Shown: piece by piece, positions 39,491-49,247 of the stretch
How positions within the stretch are numbered: position 1 is the stretch's first letter
Layout: each line of letters begins with the position of its first letter
IMG/VR virus record: IMGVR_UViG_3300023184_009677
Span: 1,752-65,751 of that record
From: a virus
Taxonomy: Duplodnaviria > Caudoviricetes
Reading direction: 5' to 3' (one strand)
DNA: 64,000 nt
Notes under the pieces: generated by a model
Database searches by the model: none
What the model was told of the DNA's origin: nothing
The model's input: the letters and a program-made list of their open reading frames with translations, nothing else
Translations under genes and position numbers: made by a program

Positions 39491-39982
39491 TCAAGAGTTA
39501 ACAGAGGAAAGATATACTAAATATTTTTTGCATTTTGGGCAAAAGCGTCGTTGACCATTTTGAATCTTGCGGTGAATCAAATTTGATACATGGAACTTTT
39601 GGCAACTACAGACATAAGTGTGCGGTTGTTTTGACGGCAGGTGCATAGAGTGGCAGCGAGTTGGCTCTGTGCCCAATTTCACAGCAACAGATTTCCATTC
39701 TGGTCCATGATGCTGCTTGGCATAGGGATAAACCTTGTAAGCGACCAAGTGTGCAACTTCATGAGGAACTGTGCGAGAAATTATCTTGTCAGGATATTGT
39801 TCAAGAAATTCAGGATTGATTTTGATTTTCCAGTCATGCAAATGAGCCTGACCAGCAACACGAGATGAGTTGAGTTCAAAAGATAATTTGGGCAGTTCAA
39901 AAACTTTGCCAAACTGTTTTTGTGCCAACAGGAATGTTTCCAAGATTTTATCTTCAACCCGATTAATGAGTTCGTTATTCAT
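39491..39982 (-). CDS. SprT-like zinc metalloprotease
   Basis: AGQA, PHEVAH, HGPEWK, Y.CSC, CPKC. Confidence 0.88.
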   Translation of the reverse strand: MNNELINRVEDKILETFLLAQKQFGKVFELPKLSFELNSSRVAGQAHLHDWKIKINPEFLEQYPDKIISRTVPHEVAHLVAYKVYPYAKQHHGPEWKSVAVKLGTEPTRCHSMHLPSKQPHTYVCSCQKFHVSNLIHRKIQNGQRRFCPKCKKYLVYLSSVNS

Positions 39983-40157
39983 TTGCCTAAAATTTATCAG
40001 TTCCAAAAAAAATAGCAACATAAATAAATAACAATCTTTAGGGGTAGGGCCCTACCCCTTTTGGCAAAAGGTAGGCCACCCAGTTAGGGTGACCCATTGG
40101 ATTAGGCTTTCTTATAGATTGCCAACAATATTATCATTAGTAATGCAAAGAATATCA

Positions 40158-40784
40158 TTAGTGTTGTTTATAGTTGATGTTCGCGTTTTCTTTAAGCCAG
40201 CAGGCGCGGCAATCGCGGCACTCATTGTTTTGCTTTGATGCTGGACAAGTGAATCCCTCTTTTGAAACGCCGCTGGTAGTTAAGCCAAGACGATTGGCAA
40301 TCGCAACAGGCGGTTGCCCCTCTAACATAAGGGCAGACAAGCGCACAGTCAAGTTTTCAGGGAAAGAATTTTTCGCTAAGTATTCGGAAACGAAAGAATA
40401 TTCGCGGGTGGGCAACCAATGTTTAACGGTGGGAGTGAGTTTGCAAACTTCCACAATCTTGGCAAGGTGGGCAACAGATTGAATGTCCCCAGAATCATGC
40501 CAGCGAAAGAAACCAGATTTTTCTTTCTTATTAATCAGGAAAGCCATTGCAGAAACCCATTCAGCGTGGGTTAATTTTTCCCAGCGACGCATCAGGGCAT
40601 TTTTGACAACAGGAAAGCCATACATCCCCTTCATCGCATAACACTTTGAACAGATAGAGTCTACAACTTTCCGCAACTTCATGCCCGTGATACATTTGAT
40701 TGCAGGGATGGAAAAGCCATAGCAGGGCATTTTGCTAGGGTTACTCAATCCGCCGGTGATTTCAACAGCCAGTGATATATTCAT
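40158..40784 (-). CDS. GP88-like (radical-SAM-related) protein
   Basis: SKMP, C...C..CYAMKG, FRWHDSGD, WLPTRE, CPA...C.DCRACW. Confidence 0.8.
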   Translation of the reverse strand: MNISLAVEITGGLSNPSKMPCYGFSIPAIKCITGMKLRKVVDSICSKCYAMKGMYGFPVVKNALMRRWEKLTHAEWVSAMAFLINKKEKSGFFRWHDSGDIQSVAHLAKIVEVCKLTPTVKHWLPTREYSFVSEYLAKNSFPENLTVRLSALMLEGQPPVAIANRLGLTTSGVSKEGFTCPASKQNNECRDCRACWLKENANINYKQH

Positions 40785-40917
40785 AGGCAAACATTCTACC
40801 AGAAGACAAAAAAGATGCAACAATTAATTTTTATAAAAAATATTTAAATAATAATTGACAAATATCAAATAGTGTTTACGGGGGGTAGGGGGGTACGCCC
40901 CTACCCCACAAGGGGAG

Positions 40918-42152
40918 TTACCACTCCTTGTGTTTTTGTTTGCGGGTGTATTTCTTTTTATCCTTGACAACTCGTGTCACAGGATTCAATTCACCCCAAG
41001 TTTTCCGCACAGATTTAATGATTTCAAGTTGGCGTTTCATAAACAATTACCTTCCCATACTAGTTCATTTTCGCAAGAAATGCGAACAGTTTTTCCGCGT
41101 TTCACAAACCTCTCTGCCATTTTCATTGCAGAGTCTAGTGTGGCGCGAACATCCCTGCCCACAAAGTTCATTGTGAAGGTGGCTTCATTATCTTTGATTG
41201 TTTCCAGAGTGTATGTTTTTTGCATATAAGAAAAGGTATCAGATTTACAAAATTTGTCAAATATTTTTTAATAAATAATAAATAAGAGCTTTAGGGGGTA
41301 GGGGTACGCCCCTACCCCTTTTGGGAAAAGAAAACCGCCCTGCTCTGAACAGGGCGGCGTGGGTTAAAATGCGGAGTTGCGTGCATCAGCTTGTTGGTCC
41401 GCCCAGACATTTACAATATCTTCAAAAGCAGACAGAGCTTTTTCTTTGGTGGTCACATTACATAGTGCAAGGTGCTTTTCAATATCCTTGTCGCTCCAAC
41501 ATTCAACCAAGACATCCCAGCCTCCGTCATCGTAATGTTCAAGTGCGTATTGTTTAATGTATTCAACTAATTGTTTCATACTAGTATTCCTTTATTGGTT
41601 AACATTGCACAGAATTCAGCATAGACCTTTTGCTTGTTGCCTGTCAAATTAAATTCCTGCTTAACGATAGAAAACGCAGACTTGCCGCCGCGTTTCATTC
41701 CCAATGTTTCCAGCTTGAGCATAGACTTTAATGCCAAGAGCCGGAATGCGTTAATCTGTTCTGGTTTGTCCAACACCAATGTTTCATTCATAGGAGATAA
41801 AAATACCAAACTTGATAAAATAGTCAAATTTAATTTAATAAATATTAAATAAGATTCTGTGGGGGTAGGGGTACGCCCCTACCCCGCAGGGCATAAAAAA
41901 CGCCAGCCCTGCTCCGACAAGGCTGGCGAGTTTTCAGTAGCGGCGCAAAATCTTTTCGTCAATTTGATCGTTGATTTTGGCGCAGGCAGAAATTTGTTCG
42001 TCAATTTCGCTGTGAATTTCACTGAGCAAATTCCACAGCCTGGAACTGTCAAAGATTGGCACTTCGAATTCGGGCGTGATGGTTTCCTCGACGCTAATGT
42101 GCGCGAGCCGGCTTTCAATTTGTTCGTTGTTCAATTGTGAATAGTCATTCAT
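40918..42152 (-). CDS. five small hypothetical proteins (40918-41040, 41037-41225, 41364-41579, 41576-41791, 41934-42152)
   Basis: ORFs filling palindrome-delimited units, behind TTGACA/TTGACT promoters. Confidence 0.6.
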
Positions 42153-42198
42153 AACGTTTAGAGTATCGTCTATTTTAGTTTCGCAGTCAACAAATTTT

Positions 42199-42448
42199 TG
42201 AGAATAAGATTTGCCCCGACCGATCGTGCTTGCGTCCAAGACGACACTTTTTATTTGTTAGCATCTTTGACGATGCAACAGGATCTTATTCTCAGGGTCG
42301 CCCTTGCGCTACGCACTCAGGTTAGACCAAAATTAAATGTTGGTCGGGTTTGTCGTTTTGTGACGCTGCGATTTTCACGCAATCTCGCTGAATAAACAGA
42401 CGGCTCTAAATTGAGCTAACGGCACTTGATTCAGACTCCCGACCAACA
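42199..42448 (-). ncRNA. candidate tandem structured ncRNAs
   Basis: Promoter TTGACT-16-TATCTT (42481-42454) starts at a perfect 11-bp closing stem (42338-42348/42438-42448); second perfect 12-bp stem 42199-42210/42283-42294; no start codon at the predicted +1. Confidence 0.6.
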
Positions 42449-42643
42449 AAGAAAAGATACCAGAGCCCTAAAAATAGTCAAATATATTTCAAACTATTTT
42501 AAATAACAATCCAAGGGGGTAGGGGGTACGCCCCCCCTACCCCCCATGGGCATTGCGCCAGCGAGCCCCCGAAACTCGCCAGCGCAAAATTTATTTTGTT
42601 TTAAAAATTGAGACAAAAACCATAAAAACAAGTAAGAAAAAAA

Positions 42644-43372
42644 TCATGCTGCCACCTCACTTTTCGCTTGCTTTTTAATTGCTTTTAAGGCTTCCGCCGC
42701 TGCCGTTCCTTTGGGTTGCGTGCCGTGCAAAAGTAGAGCAAAAGATTTTTTGCCGATTGCGGCGTGGCTGTCGTCGTGGTCAATTTCCAAACCTTTTTGC
42801 GCGGCTTCGGCTTCGCTGAAAACTACTTCCGAACATTTCAGCCCGTGCTGGTTTATCATTTCGTCATATCTTCCGCCCCGTGAAGCTGTCAAAACAAAGT
42901 TTTCAGGGATTTCATTTTTACGAGAGAGCCAAAAGGGAAGGCTCTTGGTATAGGCATAAAAAGTTTTAGAAGGATTTTTCTTTGAGACTTCAATCCATGC
43001 GTCAAAGTAGGCTTGGCTAAAAAAGTCGCCGCCGATATGAATGCGGCAGATATTAAAGTATAGGGGAAGGCTTTTGCAAATTTCGTCCGCGATTTTTTGG
43101 TAGTCGTTCCCATGCTGGCGGATAGTTTCAAAGTTATTCCAAACCATTTTACGGAGGGAAGGATAAAGAGCTTCCGCGCTGGCTTGAAAGCAACGGAACT
43201 TTGTTTGCAAGCCGTCGGAGATTTTTCCCGTTTCCCTATCGGCACGGCTCAAACATTCCAAAGCACCCGAGCAAGTAAAGCCCGAGGGAAGGGAAAAGGT
43301 TATCACTTTAGCTTGCAAGGCGATTTCCAATTTTTTGAGTTTTGCGTTTGCGTCACCGAATGTTAATTTCAT
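42644..43372 (-). CDS. second GP88-like protein
   Basis: NAKL, FSLPSGFTC.GA..C, RIHIGGDFFS, YAYTKS, HDDSH. Confidence 0.75.
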   Translation of the reverse strand: MKLTFGDANAKLKKLEIALQAKVITFSLPSGFTCSGALECLSRADRETGKISDGLQTKFRCFQASAEALYPSLRKMVWNNFETIRQHGNDYQKIADEICKSLPLYFNICRIHIGGDFFSQAYFDAWIEVSKKNPSKTFYAYTKSLPFWLSRKNEIPENFVLTASRGGRYDEMINQHGLKCSEVVFSEAEAAQKGLEIDHDDSHAAIGKKSFALLLHGTQPKGTAAAEALKAIKKQAKSEVAA

Positions 43373-43594
43373 GCCCAAAGATTAACACAAAACAAAAAGA
43401 GAGCAAGAGATTTTTCAGAAATTTTTTTGATAAAAAAAACTAATTTTATCCTTGACATGAACAAATAACGCCAGTGGGGGGTAGGGGGGGTTGGCCCCCT
43501 ACCCCCAAAGAAGCCTACCCCCTACCCCCACAGGGGGGGAAAAGCAGAAAGCGTGCCAACCTTGCTCCGAACAAGGCTGGCACATTGGTTTGGG

Positions 43595-46490
43595 TTAAAT
43601 GATTTCTAGGTTTGCCGCTTTGACAGTCATGCAACCTTCCGCATTTTCGCGCGCCTTTGCTTTGCTGCCGCAAATTTCTTCCGCTTGTGCGCGGGAGATT
43701 TCTGCGCCGTCAAGATAAAACTTCACGCTGGGCTTGCGGCAAAAGCCAGAGTCTTGCTGGGCTTGGCTGGGCAGATACAAGCGGATATATTCTGCGCCTT
43801 TGTGGGAGATGACAAAGGGAAATTGTTTCCATTCGCCCCATTTGAGGGAGCCAACTTCGCTGCGTTCGCCAGCTTCAATGGCTTCGCGCACGTCCTTGCG
43901 ATTTTCAAAAGACACGCCAGAGATGACAGTCATTTCTGTAATCTTTTGAACAAGTTTTCCAGCGTGGGATTTGAGAGCTTCAATCTCGGACACAAGGCGC
44001 ACATTCAGGGACGCGCCCCGCTTGTCTTGAATTTTTTCTACGATTTGTTCTGCGTTCATTTTTTACCTTTGGTTTATTGGTTTAACTAACAAGGACACTA
44101 TCGCAAAGATTTTGTTTCGAGTCAACATTTTTTTATAAATTATTTTCTAAAATTAGCTTGACATTTGCAAATATCTCTATGGGGGGGGTAGGGGGGGTTG
44201 GCCTTGTAAACCAAAACAGACCAAATAATCTTTGGGAGGGGGTAGGGGGTGGGCCCCTACCCCTTTAGGCACAAAAAAGCCGCCCACTTGGGCGGCGTGA
44301 TTTTAAATGTCGTGGTGGTTTCCAAGCCAGCCATGATACCTGAAACATATCCCGTGAGGAGCGTCAATTTCTTTGCCAAACTTACGGGCAATGTGTTCAG
44401 AATTCCAGTCTGTCAATAAACCTCCGCGCCAGTAGATGATAGTTTCCGCGCCTGACCAGCGTAAAGTCAAGATAACTTTGGCAGTCTTAAACTTGGACTT
44501 GCGAAAGTTGGTGTTGACGCAAATGGCAGGGGAAAAGCAATTGCCCCAAACATTAAAACCAAAGTAGAGACCGCACACGCGCACAAGAGTGCCCAGATTT
44601 TTAGAAGATTTATAACTGAATAATTTATTCATACAAAAACAATATCAAATTCTAGAAATTGGTCAACAACTATTAAATAATATTTTTAAGGGGGTAGGGG
44701 GTACGGCCCCTACCCCAAAAACAAAAAAAGAGGCGAGCCACTTGGCTCGCCCTTGTTTACTCGCCCATGTCACCGAGGTCAGTTTGGGCTTCCCAATAGG
44801 AATCCAAACCAGCATCCTCCGCGCCCTCATCGCGGTAGCTGTCTGCCTCGTTGGCATTGTAGTCCGCGAGGTCGTCAGTCCCGCTGCCATCACCAGCCCA
44901 GCCGCCGCCATCATAGGCGGTCTCTAGGGGTTCCACTTGTGCCAGCCGCGCCTCGCGCGACTCCGAAGGTAACTGAATGAATTGATTCATACAAAAAAGA
45001 TAATACAAAATTTAAAAACCTAGTCAACAAAAATTCAAAATTATTTTAAAACATTTTAAATAATCTCTGTGGGGGGTAGGGGGGTACGCCCCTACCCCAA
45101 AAAGGCAACAAAAAACCACCCTGCTCCGAACAGGGTGGCTTGTGAGAGATTTATGACCAAGAGTGATTTTTGTCCAAGGCAAGTTGAATGGTCACTTCCA
45201 TTTCAGCCAGCCTCTTGTTTACGGATTCAGGAATTTTGTGGGCAGTATCTTTGTAAGCCCAAGCCATGGCTTGCGCTTCAATCAAAGTGTCGCGCAGGTT
45301 TTGAATCTTCGTCCGCAGTTCATCCATCTGTATTTCAGTTATTGTTGTCATATTTTTTTAATGGTTAAAACTAACAAAGACAAAATACCAAATTTCTAAA
45401 AGGTGTCAAATATTTTTTTAATTATTTTAAATAAGCCCACAAGGGGGTAGGGGGTAGGCGGTGGGGTAGGCCCCCTACCCCCACAGAAAATTTGGGCACA
45501 AAAAAGCCGCCCTTTCGGGCGGCGTGGTTTAGTCCATGTCTGCCTCGTATTCTTCAAAGGCAATTTCGATTACTCTCTCGCACTCGCTTTCCGTGAGTTC
45601 GATTTCCTTTCCGTCTTCACCCTTTGCGGAAAGAATTTCAAACTCGGCGGGTTCGGGCGGAGTCTCGCGGTCTCCGCTAAATGCCTTGTGATATTTCAAG
45701 ACAACATCCACTTCCTGTTCGGTGTCGTTCCGTTCAATTACGAATGATGTATAATGTTTCATACAAGAGAAGATTCTCACAGTTTTGATTTTTTGTCAAA
45801 TATTTTTTTGAATATTTTTTTAGCAAGGGCAAATAAGCCTGGAAGGGGGGTAGGGGGGTTGGCCCCTACCCCAAAAGATAAAAAAAGGGCGAGCCTCTCG
45901 GCCCGCCTTGTTTTAGCCTTGGTTATCAGGCAAGTGATTTAATGATGGTGGGTGAAAGGTGCTGCCGCAAAGCACCTTGGCGTCAGGATAAGCAGCCTGC
46001 GCCTCCTCTAGGGTGTCAAAATCGTCAAGCCACAAGCGGCGGCGTTGACCCGATAAAACACTGCCCCGCGAATAGCGTGAGTGTTCGTAAACAGTGTAGC
46101 GGTCATTGGCGTAGGTTTCCCCGCGCCCCATTTCGATGGTCTGATTAGGTTTAACCATAACAAGGAACAGTATCAGCCAATTTAAAAAAATGTCAAATAT
46201 TTTTTAATATATTTTAAATAAGGGTTTAAGGGGGTAGGGGGTTAGGCCCCTACCCCTTTTGGGCAAAAAAAGAGCGACCCTTTTGGGTCGCCTTGATTTT
46301 ACCAGCCTCGCGTATTTTCGCGGATGTTGTAACCGCGCAAGGCGGTCTTTCTGCTGAGGTGCCCACAGTCGCACTCGTACCACTCGTACCCACCCTGCAC
46401 CGCCGCACCCGCGTACTCCTGATAAGGCCGCTCATACTCAACAGTCACAACCGCGCCGCACTGGGAACACTTGCAATTTTTATTTTCCAT
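43595..46490 (-). CDS. seven single-gene cassettes, hypothetical proteins (43595-44059, 44303-44632, 44757-44990, 45151-45351, 45529-45762, 45913-46158, 46299-46490)
   Basis: Each ORF has a TTGAC(A/T/C) promoter upstream and a hairpin terminator then a GTAG palindrome downstream. Confidence 0.7.
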
Positions 46491-46674
46491 AGGCATTAAG
46501 ATTAATAGGTTTAGCAAAAAGGTCAACAACATTTTCAAAATTATTTTCAAGTAAACTAAATAAGGATCCAAGGGGGTAGGGGGTTAGGCCCCCCTACCCC
46601 CCCTTGGGGGGTAGGCGTTAACGTTAACGTAGAAAGGCAAAAAAGGGCGACCTTTGCAGGTCGCTTGGCACAGT

Positions 46675-46887
46675 TTAAGCTACCACACTGTAGCTCACTA
46701 TCCTGTCACTGCGCAGCATCCGTGGCGCAGCCCGTTCTATGCACCATCCCTTGTAATAGGTGATGCCATCCTTGTCCCATGTGGTGAGCCTATCCGTGAG
46801 CGTATAGGTCGCGGATGTTTCGGCATCTTCCTTAAGGTAACGGAATGCCACTGTCTTAACTTCACTGATGTTTAATGGTTTAATCAT
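46675..46887 (-). CDS. mini WYL-like protein, paralog A
   Basis: FRY...YYKGWCIERAAPRMLRSDRI. Confidence 0.55.
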   Translation of the reverse strand: MIKPLNISEVKTVAFRYLKEDAETSATYTLTDRLTTWDKDGITYYKGWCIERAAPRMLRSDRIVSYSVVA

Positions 46888-47029
46888 AACAAAAACATAT
46901 TAGTCCATTTCCAAAAATTGGCAAGAGAAAAAGATAAAATCTTTGAATAAAAAGTTATTCACAATTTGAGGTGTTGGCATGGAGATTGCTAACTAGCAAA
47001 TGCCAAACTTTAACGTTAAAGCCCAAATA

Positions 47030-47345
47030 AAGATAAGGGGGGGTAGGGGGGGTTACCCCCAACCCCCACAGCGTTAACGTTAAAATTAACGCTAAAACTC
47101 CAAATAAACCCCAAGGGGGGTAGGGGGGGTTGGCGTATGCCAAACTTTAACGATAAAGGGCAAATAAGACCTGTGGGGGTAGGGGGCAGGGGGGTAGGGT
47201 AGGGTAGGGGGTAGGCGTTAACGATAAAGCTGGGGTAGGGGTAGGGTAGGGGTAGGCGTTAACGATAAAGCTGGGGTAGGGGTAGGCGGGGGTAGGGGTA
47301 GGGTGGGGGTAGGGGGTAGGGTAGGGGGGGCCTTTCGGCCCCTCC
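47030..47345 (+). repeat. G-rich (GGG+TA)n tract with CGTTAACG(ATAAAG) spacers
   Basis: Dense runs of 3-7 G separated by TA; two copies of ggcgttaacgataaagctggggtagggg. Confidence 0.9.
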
Positions 47346-47352
47346 CGTTTTG

Positions 47353-47541
47353 TTAGTATTGCACTACAATTTCGTCCAGTATTTTCCGCGCATCTTCTAA
47401 CTCTTTTAGTCTTTCTACTTGCCAATCGCTAGGGATTTTTCCCTGTTCTTTGATTTCCTGCATTTCAACCTCTAGGCTTACAGTGCCCGTGCAAACGGCG
47501 CGCGATAATGTTTGCCAGTTTTTCCAAGTCATTTTCATCAT
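47353..47541 (-). CDS. hypothetical protein
   Basis: ORF between two G-rich hairpins; no clear promoter. Confidence 0.4.
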   Translation of the reverse strand: MMKMTWKNWQTLSRAVCTGTVSLEVEMQEIKEQGKIPSDWQVERLKELEDARKILDEIVVQY

Positions 47542-47589
47542 AATTTTTGGGGGTAGGGGTAGGGGCCTTTCGGCCCCACCCCGTTTGGT

Positions 47590-47838
47590 TTACTTACTGG
47601 TCACCTCGTAGGAGATAACACGGTCTGAACGAAGGACACGCGGCGCTTGGCGTTCAATGCACCACCCTTTAAAGTAGGTGATTTCCACACCTTCGACCTC
47701 TTTTGTCCAAGATAAAAGCGGGGCAGGTTGCGCGCCCCCGTTGCTGGTCAGGGTATAAGTGCGAGGCTTTTCAGCGTCCGGCTTCAAGTATTTGAACTTA
47801 ATCCGGCTTGCCGTTTCAATGTTAATTGCTTTTTTCAT
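47590..47838 (-). CDS. mini WYL-like protein, paralog B
   Basis: FKY...YFKGWCIERQAPRVLRSDRV; start moved to ATG 47838. Confidence 0.55.
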   Translation of the reverse strand: MKKAINIETASRIKFKYLKPDAEKPRTYTLTSNGGAQPAPLLSWTKEVEGVEITYFKGWCIERQAPRVLRSDRVISYEVTSK

Positions 47839-48379
47839 TTTCTGTTTTTTTGTTTTTTTGTGGCGCGCGTCGTGCGCTCCATCTGGGAACATATTAAACG
47901 AAAACAAATTTTGCACAAGTTTTTTTTGAATTATTTTTGCAAGTTTTTTTTTGGAATTTAGTTGACAAGAGACCCCTAATTTATGAAAAAATTTTTGGAT
48001 TGGAGACCAGCGGCACGGCGCGGGGGGTCTTTTATAGATCTCCCCTTGAGTTTGGGTCAAATCTAATTATATTAAATTATAATTATAATTACATTACAAT
48101 CTTAAAATCTCCTATTGTTTCTCATATCACTTAAAATCATCTGGGAGAAAAAATCGGAAGGGGTCCATATTTCCAAAGTAAATTCTAATTATATTAAAAT
48201 ATATTAAAATATATTAAAAGATATTAACATATCTAGTATATATGGGTGGGCTGGACCCCCCATTTTAAAAAAATAAAAACAAAATCAAAAAAAAATCAAA
48301 ATCATTTGGGAGAAAAATCCACGGGGGCTTTTATTTTCTAAAGTATTTTCCCTGGTGTAATATAAGATAAGATAAAATT

Positions 48380-48949
48380 ATGTATTTTACAGGAACATTT
48401 CAGGATTATGAGAACAGGTTGCACCAATTTGCCTCCAATCCAGGCCCAGGAGAGACTGGAGTTCAGTCATTTAGCGGTTTTAATCAATTTATAATTGAAG
48501 GTTCAGGGTATTTAGTCAGCTCTGCTACCAATACTTATGATGTTACTGGTTTGAGTGGCCAATACAGCACTTTAATCAATGGTAAATATACTATTTCTGG
48601 CACGGGATATCTTGCATCTCCTTACTATCTTAATTCTACCACCCCGCTTACTTTTATTGCAACTGGCGCATCAGGCACTTGGGTAATCAAGTCTGGCGTT
48701 TCAAATATATTAGTAAATACTGGTTCAGGATCAAACGTCTCTTCTATTGTTCCTATAACAGACTGGACATCAACAGGGGTCGCAACTGGTTTAAGTGGGT
48801 CTGCAATATTTTCCTCCTATAATTCTGGACAATTAATTTCGGGCATGGGTTATAGATGGGAGCGCGAGGCAAGATTATCTTACTATAGACTCAGCGGCGA
48901 TGGTGCTCTTTTAGCAAGATCTTTACTTTCCACTGGAATAATAATATAA
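48380..48949 (+). CDS. Ser/Gly/Thr-rich putative virion protein
   Basis: GTGTAAT upstream; SG/TG-rich composition. Confidence 0.6.
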   Translation: MYFTGTFQDYENRLHQFASNPGPGETGVQSFSGFNQFIIEGSGYLVSSATNTYDVTGLSGQYSTLINGKYTISGTGYLASPYYLNSTTPLTFIATGASGTWVIKSGVSNILVNTGSGSNVSSIVPITDWTSTGVATGLSGSAIFSSYNSGQLISGMGYRWEREARLSYYRLSGDGALLARSLLSTGIII

Positions 48950-48957
48950 TAAATCAT

Positions 48958-49245
48958 ATGAAAAAAACTATCTTATCTATCCTTATCCTAGCAACAGCAT
49001 TTTGCTCTTTTAGTTCAGAAATCTCTCTTACAAAAGAAGACGTTCAAACAATTATTAACAATTACAATTCTTCCCTTAGTCTAACCAGCACAAACAAAAT
49101 AGATGCTTCTTCTGAAAATTTAACCATGTTATCTTTAAGAAAAATCAATATCCCGTATGTTATTCAAGTAACTGATGGAAATGGTATCGCCCACACAATT
49201 TACACAAATGGCAGTTATTTTAAACTAGTTTACCTCAATAAATAA
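48958..49245 (+). CDS. exported hypothetical protein
   Basis: Signal-peptide-like N-terminus. Confidence 0.55.
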   Translation: MKKTILSILILATAFCSFSSEISLTKEDVQTIINNYNSSLSLTSTNKIDASSENLTMLSLRKINIPYVIQVTDGNGIAHTIYTNGSYFKLVYLNK

Positions 49246-49247
49246 TC

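Larger units (their letters stand above)
33033..47582. repeat. dispersed intergenic palindrome family GGGGTAGGGG-N0-6-CCCCTACCCC (~20 copies)
   Basis: Copies near 33060, 34196, 35280, 38535, 39211, 40041, 40880, 41294, 41861, 42515, 43476, 44238, 44690, 45071, 45463, 45846, 46230, 46572, 47037, 47549; partial copy at 30968. Confidence 0.95.

Noticed and set aside
41934-42395. Extended ORF start at 42239 and + strand ORF 42198..42395
   Set aside because: A promoter and ATG at 42152 explain the gene; the upstream part is better explained by RNA stems
43544-43582. Additional sigma54-like box TGGCACG-CTTT-CTGCT
   Set aside because: It overlaps the stem of a terminator hairpin and is imperfect, so it may be coincidental
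46955-47425. Pro/Tyr-rich ORFs 46955..47143 and 47147..47425
   Set aside because: Translations of the CCCCTA repeat tract; no promoter or coding signature
33033-47590. CRISPR array
   Set aside because: Repeats are separated by 300-3000 bp containing genes, vary in length, and no cas genes are present
33033-47590. Classical integron with attC sites
   Set aside because: No integron integrase seen, repeats lack RYYYAAC/GTTRRRY ends, and cassettes carry their own promoters
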